A stretch of DNA of 64,000 bases, taken from contig CBDCWI010000002.1 in NCBI GenBank assembly GCA_965223325.1, positions 1,248,001-1,312,000 on the forward strand, written 5' to 3'. The DNA is from Candidatus Multivoradales bacterium. Lineage in GTDB: Bacteria > Acidobacteriota > Thermoanaerobaculia > Multivoradales > Multivoraceae. How positions within the stretch are numbered: the stretch's first letter is position 1; each line of letters opens with the position of its first letter. The notes under the pieces are model-generated. The model had not been told where the DNA came from and did not search any database. It was given only the letters and a program-made list of their open reading frames with translations. Positions 20,420-30,464 of this stretch are shown one piece after another. A program made the position numbers and the translations under genes.

Positions 20420-23400
20420 CGACCCGCAAGTCAGAGGACAGGGAAAACGATCCGGCGCCCCCCGGACCACCGCTAGAGGGCCCGGTGCGGCGACTGGTGT
20501 CGGCCTGCCTCGAGCGCCCGACCGCCGTCACCATCGCCAGCCTTGCGTTGGTGGCACTCGGCGCTCTCTCACTCCTTCGACTGCCGGTCGCCCTCTTGCC
20601 GCAGCTCGAACGACCCGCCCTGGTGGTCTTGCTCGAGGACCCGGAAGCCGGCCGGGAGGATCTGCTCCTGCGCGCCGTCGAGCCGCTCGAGCGCCGTTTG
20701 ATGACGCTCCCGGGAGTCTTGCGCGTCGAAAGTTGGGTCGGCGACGGTACAGCGCGCCTGGTCACTGAAGCCGAGTGGCAAACCGATCCTGACACCTTGC
20801 GCATCGACGCAGAGCGCCGCCTCGCCGGAATCGATCTCGGCAACGCACGGCGCACCATCACGATGCGCTCGGGCGACTCCGAACCGGTTCTCTCGATTGT
20901 CATCACCGGCGGCCGTTCGGCGATCCACCGCGCACGATTCACCGACCGCACCCTGGTTCCCGAGTTGGCGACCAGCCGTGGCGCCGGCGACCTGCACCGC
21001 ACGGGCGGTGCCACCCTGCGGCCCGTGGTTCGGCCCCATGCGGCAGCTCTTGCCGCCAACGACCTGTCCGCCCACAGCATCGCACTGCGACTCGAGAGCA
21101 TCGGAGAAAGCCGGCCGATCGGCCGCATCCGCGAAGGAGGCGAACGCAGAGCGCTCGAGTTCGGAGAGACGGTGCGTACTATCGAAGAACTCGCGCGCGT
21201 CCGCGTGTACCGCGAAGGCGAGATGAGCGAGGGGCCCGGTGTCGCTCTCGGAGACCTTGCCCAGGTGGCGCTCGAGTCGGTGCGTGAGGACGGCCTCTAT
21301 CGCTACCGCGGACGCGACGCGGTCCTGCTCGAGCTCTGGCGAGGCCCCGGCCAGAACGCGGTGCGACTGGCGCGCGACGCCAAACAGAAGGTCGCCTCCC
21401 TCAAAAGTGCGGCGAACGCCGAAGGGATCGAGCTGCAGACGATCGACAACGCCGGCGACGAGGTGGAGCAAGCACTGCTGGCGCTCGGCGGAGCGGCGCT
21501 CCTCGGCCTGTTCTTCGCCACCGTCATTCTGCGTTTGCTCCTCGGCGCCTGGCTCCCGACCCTGGTTCTCGCGGTCATCATTCCGGCGTCTCTCGCGATT
21601 ACCTTTGGCCTCTTCCTGCTCACCGGCACGACGCTCGACATCGTGGCGCTCGCTGGCCTGGCGCTGGCGATCGGACTCCTGGTCGACAACTCGATCGTGG
21701 TGCTCGAAGCGATCGCGGTGACAAGTCGCCGAGGAAAGCAGGAAGTAGGCGATGAAGCGGACGCTGGTGTCAGTGAGCTGGGAACACAGGCCACGGTACG
21801 AACGGTTGTCGCGACCGGCGTCGGAGGAGTTGCGGCGGCATTGGTGGGCAGTTTTCTCACCACCGCTGCGATCTTCATTCCCCTCATCTATCTACGCGGC
21901 CTGGCTCGCGCGTTCTTTGGCGTTCAGGCCTTCGCCATCGTCGGAGCGCTCCTGGTCTCGCTCCTCTTGTCGTTGACTCTGCTTCCCGTCATCGTTTCGG
22001 TCTTCGGTCGAGGTCGTCGATCGGCTCCTCGCGCCCTCCTTCGATCGGCGGTTGAGAGCGGGCGTCAACCGCTGCGCCCCCTCTTTCTGCGCCTTCTCCG
22101 CGCCGCGCTCAGAACACCGCGAACTACCGTGGTCTTCGCCTCGCTCGTCGCCCTTGTGACCGGTGGTCTCGCGTACCTGACCCTACCGCGCGCCTTGATG
22201 CCTGGCGGACCGGCCCAGGGTCTCGAGGCCACCCTCACCTTCCCCGGTGACCTCGACGAGGACGCGGTGCTCGAGCGGATGCTCGAACTCGAGGCGAACC
22301 TGGTGGGCAACGCCAACCATCCCTGGTCGTTGCGCTGGCGGACCGCTGGCCTCGCCGATCCCGACCCCGACGAACGGGAGAATGGCCTCCTCCGTCTGGT
22401 GGGAGAACCGGACAACCGTGAGTTTGACGAGTTCATCGCCCGTACCCGCGAAGCGCTCCTCCGAACGCCTGGCCTCGACTCGAGCCTCAGGCGCCGGGGT
22501 AGCGCCCTCGAGCGCGCCTTCGATCGCAGCCTGGCCCGCTTCGAGATCGATGCCAGCGCGCCCACACCGGTCAGCGCTCGCCAGTTGGCCGACCGCGTTC
22601 TCGAGGCCGACGCGACCCAAGCGGGAGGAGCCCGGCTCGTCGAGCGTTACCCACCCACACCGCATCGCACGCTCCACCTCCGCCCAGGTGTTCTCGGCAA
22701 GGTCGACGCGGTGAGTATCGAGCGCCAGGTGGGAGCGAGCCTCGGCGGCATCGAAGCCGGTCGTCTCGACGGCGACGCCTATCCCGATGCCGACGCCGCC
22801 ATCCTCCTCGAGGCTACCGAACCAAGAGATCCAGCACGCCTCCCGGTGGTCACCGCAAGCGTGACCCAGGGAGGCGAGCGAGCGGTGCCGCTTGGAGTCC
22901 TGGCGGTCTTCGAAGACCGACGCTCACCTGCACCGTGGTTCAGAGTCAACGGCCGGCCGTCGGTGCGCATCGAGCAGGCCTCCGGCGCACCGCTCCATGA
23001 GGGAGCGCTCGAGCTCCGGCCGGACGAAACCCTCCGGCCAACCGGAACCGCCTTCGAAACGCGGCGTTCCTTCAGACAGCTCGGCCTCGCTCTGGGACTC
23101 GGCCTGGTCCTCATGTGGCTAACCCTCGCGGCGCTTCAGGAGTCGCTCGTTCTGCCCCTCGCGACCCTCTTGACCCTCCCGATCGCAATCGCCGGCGGCC
23201 TGACGGCGCTTCTGGTCTCTGGGCAGACCCTCAACGTCGCGTCGATTCTCGGACTGGTGCTGTTGTCTGGGATCGTGGTCAACAACTCCATCGTACTTCT
23301 CTTTCGAATGGAGTCGCATTGGCGAGGCGGTGCCAGCGCGCCCGAGGCCGCGCTCCTAGGAGCACGCGAGCGCTACCGCCCCATCCTCATGACCTCGGCC

Positions 23401-23556
23401 ACCACGGTCGCAGCCCTCCTGCCCTTGGCCATCGCCGGTGCCGGAATCGAGGCATCGCTCGCTGTCGGCGTCATCGGTGGGCTGCTCGCCGGCTTCATCG
23501 GCTCGCTGATCGTCTCGCCGGCGACCTGGGCACTGCTGCGCCGGGCGAGTCAGTAG
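20416..23556 (+). CDS. RND efflux permease (AcrB/MdtBC superfamily)
   Basis: 1046 aa; TM4 GLLVDNSIVVLE, TM10 GIVVNNSIVL, RYRPILMT, GVIGGL. Confidence 0.9.
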   Translation: MTTRKSEDRENDPAPPGPPLEGPVRRLVSACLERPTAVTIASLALVALGALSLLRLPVALLPQLERPALVVLLEDPEAGREDLLLRAVEPLERRLMTLPGVLRVESWVGDGTARLVTEAEWQTDPDTLRIDAERRLAGIDLGNARRTITMRSGDSEPVLSIVITGGRSAIHRARFTDRTLVPELATSRGAGDLHRTGGATLRPVVRPHAAALAANDLSAHSIALRLESIGESRPIGRIREGGERRALEFGETVRTIEELARVRVYREGEMSEGPGVALGDLAQVALESVREDGLYRYRGRDAVLLELWRGPGQNAVRLARDAKQKVASLKSAANAEGIELQTIDNAGDEVEQALLALGGAALLGLFFATVILRLLLGAWLPTLVLAVIIPASLAITFGLFLLTGTTLDIVALAGLALAIGLLVDNSIVVLEAIAVTSRRGKQEVGDEADAGVSELGTQATVRTVVATGVGGVAAALVGSFLTTAAIFIPLIYLRGLARAFFGVQAFAIVGALLVSLLLSLTLLPVIVSVFGRGRRSAPRALLRSAVESGRQPLRPLFLRLLRAALRTPRTTVVFASLVALVTGGLAYLTLPRALMPGGPAQGLEATLTFPGDLDEDAVLERMLELEANLVGNANHPWSLRWRTAGLADPDPDERENGLLRLVGEPDNREFDEFIARTREALLRTPGLDSSLRRRGSALERAFDRSLARFEIDASAPTPVSARQLADRVLEADATQAGGARLVERYPPTPHRTLHLRPGVLGKVDAVSIERQVGASLGGIEAGRLDGDAYPDADAAILLEATEPRDPARLPVVTASVTQGGERAVPLGVLAVFEDRRSPAPWFRVNGRPSVRIEQASGAPLHEGALELRPDETLRPTGTAFETRRSFRQLGLALGLGLVLMWLTLAALQESLVLPLATLLTLPIAIAGGLTALLVSGQTLNVASILGLVLLSGIVVNNSIVLLFRMESHWRGGASAPEAALLGARERYRPILMTSATTVAALLPLAIAGAGIEASLAVGVIGGLLAGFIGSLIVSPATWALLRRASQ

Positions 23557-23557
23557 C

Positions 23558-26500
23558 GTGAGGCAAACCAACCGAAAGCCTGCCGGGCAGAATCGGAGCC
23601 TTTCGGCGATTCTCATTCTCCTTTCCCTCTGGATCATCGGCGGAGTCGCCGCCACCGAGCTCCAACCGAGCTGGCTGCCAACGGCCGGTGGCGGCGACCT
23701 GCGCATCAACCTCACGCTCAGAAACGCCCTGCCCGTCGAAGTGGTCACCGAACGCTTCGTCGTGCCCATCGAGGCGGCGACGCGCGCCGCCGGAGGAATC
23801 CAGGAAGCGGTCGGTAGAGTTTCGACACACGGCGCTGATCTCCAGCTGCGCCTGGCGCCCGCACCCGCGACCGGGATCCCGAGGAGCACAACCACCGCTG
23901 GCGAGCGCAAACTCGCACGCCTCGAAACCGAGCTTTTGCCTCTGCGCGAAACACTGCCCGAAGGCGCGCGACTCGAGGTTTCAGCCGGCAGTCGCACGCG
24001 CAGCTTCGCGCTCGCACTGTGGATCGATGACGACGAGGCGGCCATCACCTCGCACCGCGATCGTTTGCGCGCCCTGCCGGAGGTGCGCCACGTCGATCTA
24101 GCGGGCGTTGGAAACACGCGTGTCGAAATCACGCCGCGACCAGAGTCGAATGACCCGGAGTCGAGGCGCGCCATAGAGACAGCCGCTAACCACGTCGCTC
24201 GCAGCGTCGACCTCGGGACCTATCGCACAGAGACCGGGCAGGAGATTCCGCTACGCACCGGTAGCCCCGCCTCCAGGAACCAGACCCTGGGTGAGACCGT
24301 CATCGCTGCTGGAGGCACGGCCCCGCCCATGCGACTCGACGCGATCGCCGATCTCGCCATCAACCGTCGCGCCGCCGACTTCCGCGTGCGCGCCGACGGA
24401 GAGGCCGGACGAGCCCTCCTCATCCATGGCCAAGACGGCGGCACACAGCGCGATGCGGCGGGCGGCCCGCTGGCCCTGCGGCGCGCGCTCGACCGTTACC
24501 GCGCCACGCACGACCTGCTGGAGAACAGCCGCATTCTCTTCGACGACGGTGGGCCGCTGCGCGACTTTCTAGGCCGCGGCTTGACGGCCCTTGTTGTCCT
24601 CGCACTCGTTCTCCTCGTCGCTGGTTGGTCGTCGCTCGGACCGCGAGCGGGACTCTGGTGGGCTTCCTCGCTCCCCACCGCCATGGCTCTGGTTGCGACC
24701 GCAGCCCGACTTTTGGACTTCGAACTGACGATCGTCACCATGCCGACCATCCTCGTGGGACTTCTCGCGGGGCCGCTGGCCCACTCGCTTCTCATGATGG
24801 CGAGGTCCGACGAAGGTGGGAGGGGCAGTCGCTGGCTCTGGTTCTTCGCCGCCTCGAGTCTCAGCCTGGTGGCCATCCGTTGGCTCGGAGGACCTCTGGC
24901 GCCAATCCTCGAAGGGCCGGCGCGCGTGTTCTGGACAACCACTACGCTGGCCGCGTTGGGCGGTACGGGAACAGGCCTCTTCGCGCGCCGCGCTGCAACG
25001 CGGGGTGGGCAGCGGCCCAAGCTGCGACCGACGGCACAGCGCTTCGCCCGCACCATCCTGCGCCTCAACTTGCGCCACGCACCAGCGGTCGTAGCGGTCA
25101 CCCTTCTACCGGTCTGGTTCGCTGTCGGCTGGCTCTTGCCCACCCTCACGCCGCGGCCAACCAGCCTGGCTCCTCCGAGCGACGACCTGGTGATCGAGGT
25201 CATGCCTCCGCATGGGTACACGGTCTCGGAAACGGAACAGTTGGTCGCCAATATCGAAGCCCATCTACAAGCGAAGTTCAAGCAGCGCCCACCTGGTGGG
25301 ACGCCCGAAAACGACGGTGCAACCTGGTGGTCGTGGCTCGGCGCCTCCCAGGCGCGCATTCTCATCGACCTCCACGAGGACTTGGGGCGGGGCGAGCTGG
25401 AACGCCGCGCGCTGCGCCTCGAAAGCGAGCTCGCGGTCCTCCCGGCGATCATAGAAGTCAAGAGTCTGACCGACGGTGCGGCGGCATCGGCCCCGGCCGT
25501 GCGTTTCTCGGGCAGCCTGGCGAGCGAGGCCGAGACCGACGACGACGCCTTCAGCTATCGCGTCCTCTTGAGCGCCACCCGCCTCGAGGCGCTGCGCCGC
25601 GCCGAGCGCCTCATCACTCGCGGCCTGTCGACACGCGGCATTCCGCCGCGCTCGATTCACACCGCCTGGAGCACTCCCGAAACCATCGTTCGCCTCGAAC
25701 CGATCACCGCCGGTGGTCTCGGGGCCAGCGAAGCGGCGGCCCTCGATCTGCTCGCCGAACGCAGCCGACCGCCGGTCAGCCGACCGCTGGCGGGTCAACG
25801 TGACATCGAGTGGACGCTTCGCCGGCCCGGCACTCCGACTCACGTCGACCCAGAACAGCTACCGCCGCCTGAACTCGAAACACTCCGCCGCCCCGAGGTC
25901 ACCACCCTCGGGCCAATCGCTCCGCTCGATGCCTTTCGCCTCAGACGGACCCTACGCGAGCCCATGGTTCTGCGCGAGAACGGCCGCTACGTGCTACCTG
26001 TCGATATCGCGCTTTCCGGTAGCGAATCAAAGCGCCGAGCGCTGCAAAGAGACACCCACCGCTGGCTGGGACAAAGGGCAGGCTCACTCGGCGTCCACAT
26101 CGAACGTCCGCGCATGGGGCGCTGGGAGAGGGCACTGGAGCACCAGCGCCTCTTGTCTCTCCTGCTCTTTCTCCCGGTTCTGGCGCTGGTCCTCGCCGGC
26201 ATCCGGCTCGACTCCTCTACTCTCGCCCTCTTCTCAGGCGCAGCGTTGGCGGTGGCGATCTCGGTTGCGATCCTGGCGTTGCGCGCCGGCAGTGGCCAGG
26301 CCTCCGCGATGAGTCTCTTCGCCCTCGCGACGGGGATCTCGCTGTCGTTGCCGATGCTCCTCGAGCACCTGGCGCGCGGCGCCGATGCCTCTCGGGTTCA
26401 CCAACCGTATGGCTGGCGCGGTGACCTCCGCGTCTCCGGTTTCTCGATTGCCGCGCTGCGACGACTGCTCCAAAACATCGTGCCGTTCGCCTGCGTGGCG

Positions 26501-27778
26501 ATGTTGCCGCTTCTGCTGGCTGTCCTGGCAGGTGCCGGCCTCGAGAGAACTCGCGAACCGTGGGTGGAACCGCTCTACACCGCTGGCTTCGCGGCAACCG
26601 CTCTGATGCTGACCGCGTTGGCGCTGACACCGGCGCTCCTGGCTCTTCGTCGCGCCGCGATCTCGAAAGCGAGGACCAGTAGAGGCGCCCGCTCAGAAGA
26701 ATGGCAGAAACTGACCTCGCCGCCGCCCTGGCGCGAGCCGGCCCTCGGCAAGGCGGGCGACGGCGGCGCTCCGGAGATCGAAGTCCGGCACCTGACCCGG
26801 GTGTACCGACCGCCGACAGTCAGACTGCATCGCAAGATCAGCGATGGCCGGCCGCCCGACCCGCGCCAGGCGCGCGAGGGTTTCAGGGCGCTCTATGACC
26901 TGAACTTCGAACTCGGTCCCGGCATCGTGGGCCTGCTTGGTCCCAACGGAGCCGGCAAGACGACTCTTCTCCACCTCCTGTGCGGCCTGGCACATCCAGA
27001 CCGTGGTCGCTTGATGTACCGCGGCGTGACCGTCACACCGCTCAACCTGACCGCCTATCGCCGACGCATCGGCTACCTTCCCCAAACGTTCAACGCACCT
27101 GCCCGGGTTTCGGTTGAGCGCTTTCTCGACTATCAGGCGCTCGAACTCGGCATTCACGATCGGAGCGAGCGCCGGCGGATCATCGACGGGTTACTCGAGC
27201 GGGTCGAGCTCGAACAGGCGCGCACCACCGAGGTCCGAGAGCTGTCCGGTGGTATGCGAAGGCGTGCTGGCGTAGCGCGAGCACTGATCGGTGACCCTGG
27301 TGTTCTGATCGTCGATGAACCGACCACCGGGCTCGACGTCGACTCGCGTCGCAAGTTGCGCCAGACCCTGCTCGAGGTCGCCGACCAGCGCATCGTCTTC
27401 TTCTCGACCCACATCGCCAGTGACATTCAAGCCGCCGCGGTTCGCATTCTGGTTCTTGGGGCTGGTCGACTGCTCTTCGACGGTTCGGCTGAAGAGCTCA
27501 AGCGACGCGCCGGGAGCCGGGTAGCCGTTGCCACGACTGACGACGTCGCGCTGCGTGCTCTCCTCACCGAATACCGCGTGACAACCCGGGTGCGCACGGC
27601 CGACGGAGTGAAAGTGCGCTTCGTGCTCGCACCAGGCCAACCGCTGCCTCCCGGCGCGGTTGCCGAGAAGCCGACTCTCGAGGAGGCCTGCGTCGCCCTC
27701 ATGGCGGAGCAACTAGACGGTGCGTTAGAGCTCGAGCCCGAGCGCGCCACCTCGGTCTTGTGGCCTTCGGCCAGCTAG
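23558..27778 (+). CDS. Degenerate RND permease-like protein fused to a C-terminal ABC ATPase domain
   Basis: About 1040 aa with a two-repeat TM/periplasmic RND-like layout, then GPNGAGKTT, YLPQ, LSGGM, LIVDE, STH. Single uninterrupted ORF. Confidence 0.8.
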   Translation: MRQTNRKPAGQNRSLSAILILLSLWIIGGVAATELQPSWLPTAGGGDLRINLTLRNALPVEVVTERFVVPIEAATRAAGGIQEAVGRVSTHGADLQLRLAPAPATGIPRSTTTAGERKLARLETELLPLRETLPEGARLEVSAGSRTRSFALALWIDDDEAAITSHRDRLRALPEVRHVDLAGVGNTRVEITPRPESNDPESRRAIETAANHVARSVDLGTYRTETGQEIPLRTGSPASRNQTLGETVIAAGGTAPPMRLDAIADLAINRRAADFRVRADGEAGRALLIHGQDGGTQRDAAGGPLALRRALDRYRATHDLLENSRILFDDGGPLRDFLGRGLTALVVLALVLLVAGWSSLGPRAGLWWASSLPTAMALVATAARLLDFELTIVTMPTILVGLLAGPLAHSLLMMARSDEGGRGSRWLWFFAASSLSLVAIRWLGGPLAPILEGPARVFWTTTTLAALGGTGTGLFARRAATRGGQRPKLRPTAQRFARTILRLNLRHAPAVVAVTLLPVWFAVGWLLPTLTPRPTSLAPPSDDLVIEVMPPHGYTVSETEQLVANIEAHLQAKFKQRPPGGTPENDGATWWSWLGASQARILIDLHEDLGRGELERRALRLESELAVLPAIIEVKSLTDGAAASAPAVRFSGSLASEAETDDDAFSYRVLLSATRLEALRRAERLITRGLSTRGIPPRSIHTAWSTPETIVRLEPITAGGLGASEAAALDLLAERSRPPVSRPLAGQRDIEWTLRRPGTPTHVDPEQLPPPELETLRRPEVTTLGPIAPLDAFRLRRTLREPMVLRENGRYVLPVDIALSGSESKRRALQRDTHRWLGQRAGSLGVHIERPRMGRWERALEHQRLLSLLLFLPVLALVLAGIRLDSSTLALFSGAALAVAISVAILALRAGSGQASAMSLFALATGISLSLPMLLEHLARGADASRVHQPYGWRGDLRVSGFSIAALRRLLQNIVPFACVAMLPLLLAVLAGAGLERTREPWVEPLYTAGFAATALMLTALALTPALLALRRAAISKARTSRGARSEEWQKLTSPPPWREPALGKAGDGGAPEIEVRHLTRVYRPPTVRLHRKISDGRPPDPRQAREGFRALYDLNFELGPGIVGLLGPNGAGKTTLLHLLCGLAHPDRGRLMYRGVTVTPLNLTAYRRRIGYLPQTFNAPARVSVERFLDYQALELGIHDRSERRRIIDGLLERVELEQARTTEVRELSGGMRRRAGVARALIGDPGVLIVDEPTTGLDVDSRRKLRQTLLEVADQRIVFFSTHIASDIQAAAVRILVLGAGRLLFDGSAEELKRRAGSRVAVATTDDVALRALLTEYRVTTRVRTADGVKVRFVLAPGQPLPPGAVAEKPTLEEACVALMAEQLDGALELEPERATSVLWPSAS

Positions 27779-27824
27779 CCGACCCCAGGAAAGGCTGAGG
27801 AGCATGAGCCGCCCTTGCCGCTTC

Positions 27825-28853
27825 TCAGCGCCCGAGGACGATGTCGGCAACTCGGCGGAGAGTCTCGGGATCGCGGGTGCCGACCAGCAGCGTGGTGACC
27901 AGGCTGTCGTCCCAGGCGGCAAGCCGATCGCGGATTCTCTCGGGCGAACCCACCAGTGAGATCTCGTCGGCGAACTCCGTCGGCACGAGGGCTGCCGCCT
28001 CTTGGCGGCGGCCCGACATGAAGGCGTCCATGATCTCTTCTGCGAGCTTGGGATAGCCCATGCGCGCGAAGAGTTCGCGATGGAAGTTGCGCTTCTTCGA
28101 GCCCATGCCACCAACGTAGAAACTCACCCGCTCCCGCACGCTCATGAGCGCCTTGTCGACGTCGTCCTCGAGGACGATGGGAACGCCGTAGAAGATCTCG
28201 AACCCCTTCTCCATTCCCACCAGCGAATCTCTATAGACCTCGGGTCGGTAAGGCGTGTAGTAGAGCGGGATCCAACCGTCGCAGAGCTCGACCGCCAACG
28301 CAACGTTCTTCGGCCCTTCGGCTCCGAGAATGATGGGCAGGTCGGCTCGCAATGGGTGCACGATGGGCTTGAGCGGTTTGCCCATTCCCCACGAGCCCTC
28401 GCCGGTGTAGGGCAGCGGGTAGTGCTCGCCGTGGTTCTTGACCGGCGCTTCGCGCCGCATGACCTGGCGAATGATCGAAACGTACTCGCGAGTGCGTGAG
28501 AGAGGCTTCGCGAACGGTTGCCCGTACCATCCCTCGACGACCTGCGGCCCCGAAACTCCCAGCCCGAGGATGACCCGGCCACCGCTCAGATGATCGAGCG
28601 TGAGGGCATGCATCGCGGTCGCCGTCGGTGTGCGCGCCGAGAGCTGCGCGATCCCAGTACCCAGGCGAATGCTGGAGGTCTGGGAACCGATCCACGAAAG
28701 TGGCGTGAAAACGTCGCTACCCCAGGCCTCGGCGGTGAAGACCGAAGTAAAGCCAAGCTCCTCCGCCACGACGGCAAGATCGACAAAACCGGGAGTCGGT
28801 CCAGCGTCCCAATAACCGAGGGCGAGTCCGAGTTCGAGTGCCATCGCCGCCAA
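27825..28853 (-). CDS. LLM class, probably F420-dependent oxidoreductase (Rv3520c-like)
   Basis: LGYW..FTAEAWGSD..SARTPTA..LGLGVSGPQVVEGWYG..GAEGPKNV closely matches my recollection of the Rv3520c family. Confidence 0.85.
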   Translation of the reverse strand: MAAMALELGLALGYWDAGPTPGFVDLAVVAEELGFTSVFTAEAWGSDVFTPLSWIGSQTSSIRLGTGIAQLSARTPTATAMHALTLDHLSGGRVILGLGVSGPQVVEGWYGQPFAKPLSRTREYVSIIRQVMRREAPVKNHGEHYPLPYTGEGSWGMGKPLKPIVHPLRADLPIILGAEGPKNVALAVELCDGWIPLYYTPYRPEVYRDSLVGMEKGFEIFYGVPIVLEDDVDKALMSVRERVSFYVGGMGSKKRNFHRELFARMGYPKLAEEIMDAFMSGRRQEAAALVPTEFADEISLVGSPERIRDRLAAWDDSLVTTLLVGTRDPETLRRVADIVLGR

Positions 28854-28928
28854 GGTAGCACAGCGAGCGAGCCGGCAGGAGCACCTGGCGATGTGCGCCC
28901 TGGCGGGTGATGTGGGCGCGGTGTGCTC

Positions 28929-29225
28929 TCAGGCCTGCAGGACGCGCGGCCGAACCCAACCGAACTCGCGCAGCGCGAGTTCCTCGGCGACGTTGAGCAT
29001 CTGGCATGCCGCGCGCGCCGAGTCGTCGGGCGAAACGCCCATGGCAACCTGCTCGGCGCGCACACTGTCGATCATCACGTCGAGCTGATGAAAGAAGGCG
29101 TCGATCTTGAGCTCGCGCTCGTGACCGTCGTAGTACTCCTCGGCGGCCTCCTTGAGTTGCTGCAGCGTGTCGAGCATCGCAAGTTTCATTTCCTGGTCTG
29201 TACGGATCATCAGCAACTCCTCCAA
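28929..29225 (-). CDS. Small helical hypothetical protein
   Basis: Protein-like composition; fills the gap between co-oriented genes. Confidence 0.6.
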   Translation of the reverse strand: MEELLMIRTDQEMKLAMLDTLQQLKEAAEEYYDGHERELKIDAFFHQLDVMIDSVRAEQVAMGVSPDDSARAACQMLNVAEELALREFGWVRPRVLQA

Positions 29226-29273
29226 TGGATTCGGAAACGCCCCGAGAGGGCAGACAGGCGGCCTGACGTTCGC

Positions 29274-30464
29274 TCAGTTCCCATAGTCGATCTTCTGGGT
29301 CAACGTCGCGCGGCCTCGGCCTTCGAAGAACACCCCGTCAATTGCGCCGCGCATGATGACTGGTCCCTCGAGCGAGAACTCACGGTCGCGACAGCCCGCG
29401 AGATAGGTCTCACCGCGCCCGCCCAACTTGATGCCGAAGCGCATGTCATCGAGAGCCATCTTGGCGACCAGCGAAGCTTCGTACTCGGCCACCTCACCAC
29501 CCTTGCGCTTGCTGTGGCCGCTGACTCTGGTCACCAACTCCTCGACCGAGATCGCCGGGTCGAGTGCCAGATCCCCAACCAGCTGCCTGGGCTCTTGCAG
29601 CGCGCTGTTGGCAGTGATCGCGGATCGCGAGAGCTCGGTACAGCCGTTCATGCCGTCGGCACTCAGGCCCGGCAGATCGGTGAGCACCAGGCGACGCTCA
29701 TTGTCGCTCGCCTCGCGGCCATTCTCATGTCGAACGTTGGCGTCCTCGCCGTCGAGCAAAAGCATGTAGGTACGCCCGCTGACCACGTGGCGCTCGATGC
29801 GCGGATCGCGGGTGCCGAAGTTCTCGGTACGACTCGAGTCCTGGTACTTGACCATCACCGCCTGTGGTAGACCGTTTTCGGTCGCCAGAATCTCGGCCCG
29901 CACCTCGTTGCTCTCGCGCACGACCAAGGGCACGTCCTTGACTTTGCCGGCCTTGTCGTTGGCGGTGATCGAAATCGTGAAGCTGGTGACCACCGTGAAC
30001 GTCTCACCCTCTTTCCAGGCGCGGCGCTTGAAGGCGACGTCACGCCGCGACGGCTTGGGATCGGCGGGAGGGTCGGCGCGCCGCTTGCGCTTGGGCTTGG
30101 CGTCAGGCTCACGGCGCTTCGGCGGTGGATCGGCGCGCGGCGCGATCTCCGGCTCGGAGGTCGGGATCAGTTCACGAAACTCCGCCGGTTCGGTAATCGC
30201 GCGCAGACGCGAACGCACCGGGCTGAGATCAGCCGTCGCCACCTGGTCGCCGGCCAGACGATCCGGCGCGGCGGCCGGCTCGGGAGCCACCAGCGCCGAC
30301 ACACCTGGGGGCAGCACCGGCTGCTCGTGGATCGGCATGCCGGCCGGCGGCAGATCGATACCATCGGGCGTCGCGGCCATCAGCAAGGAACCTCCGAGGA
30401 GCAAGCTCGAGAAGGCGGTGGCGAGAGAAGGAATCGGTCGTCGAATGAGCATCGTCGGGCGCAT
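29274..30464 (-). CDS. Secreted hypothetical protein with a Pro-rich linker and beta-rich C-terminal domain (start uncertain)
   Basis: Signal-like LLLGGSLLMAA, then a Pro/Lys/Arg-rich linker and a globular C-terminal region. Confidence 0.65.
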   Translation of the reverse strand: MRPTMLIRRPIPSLATAFSSLLLGGSLLMAATPDGIDLPPAGMPIHEQPVLPPGVSALVAPEPAAAPDRLAGDQVATADLSPVRSRLRAITEPAEFRELIPTSEPEIAPRADPPPKRREPDAKPKRKRRADPPADPKPSRRDVAFKRRAWKEGETFTVVTSFTISITANDKAGKVKDVPLVVRESNEVRAEILATENGLPQAVMVKYQDSSRTENFGTRDPRIERHVVSGRTYMLLLDGEDANVRHENGREASDNERRLVLTDLPGLSADGMNGCTELSRSAITANSALQEPRQLVGDLALDPAISVEELVTRVSGHSKRKGGEVAEYEASLVAKMALDDMRFGIKLGGRGETYLAGCRDREFSLEGPVIMRGAIDGVFFEGRGRATLTQKIDYGN

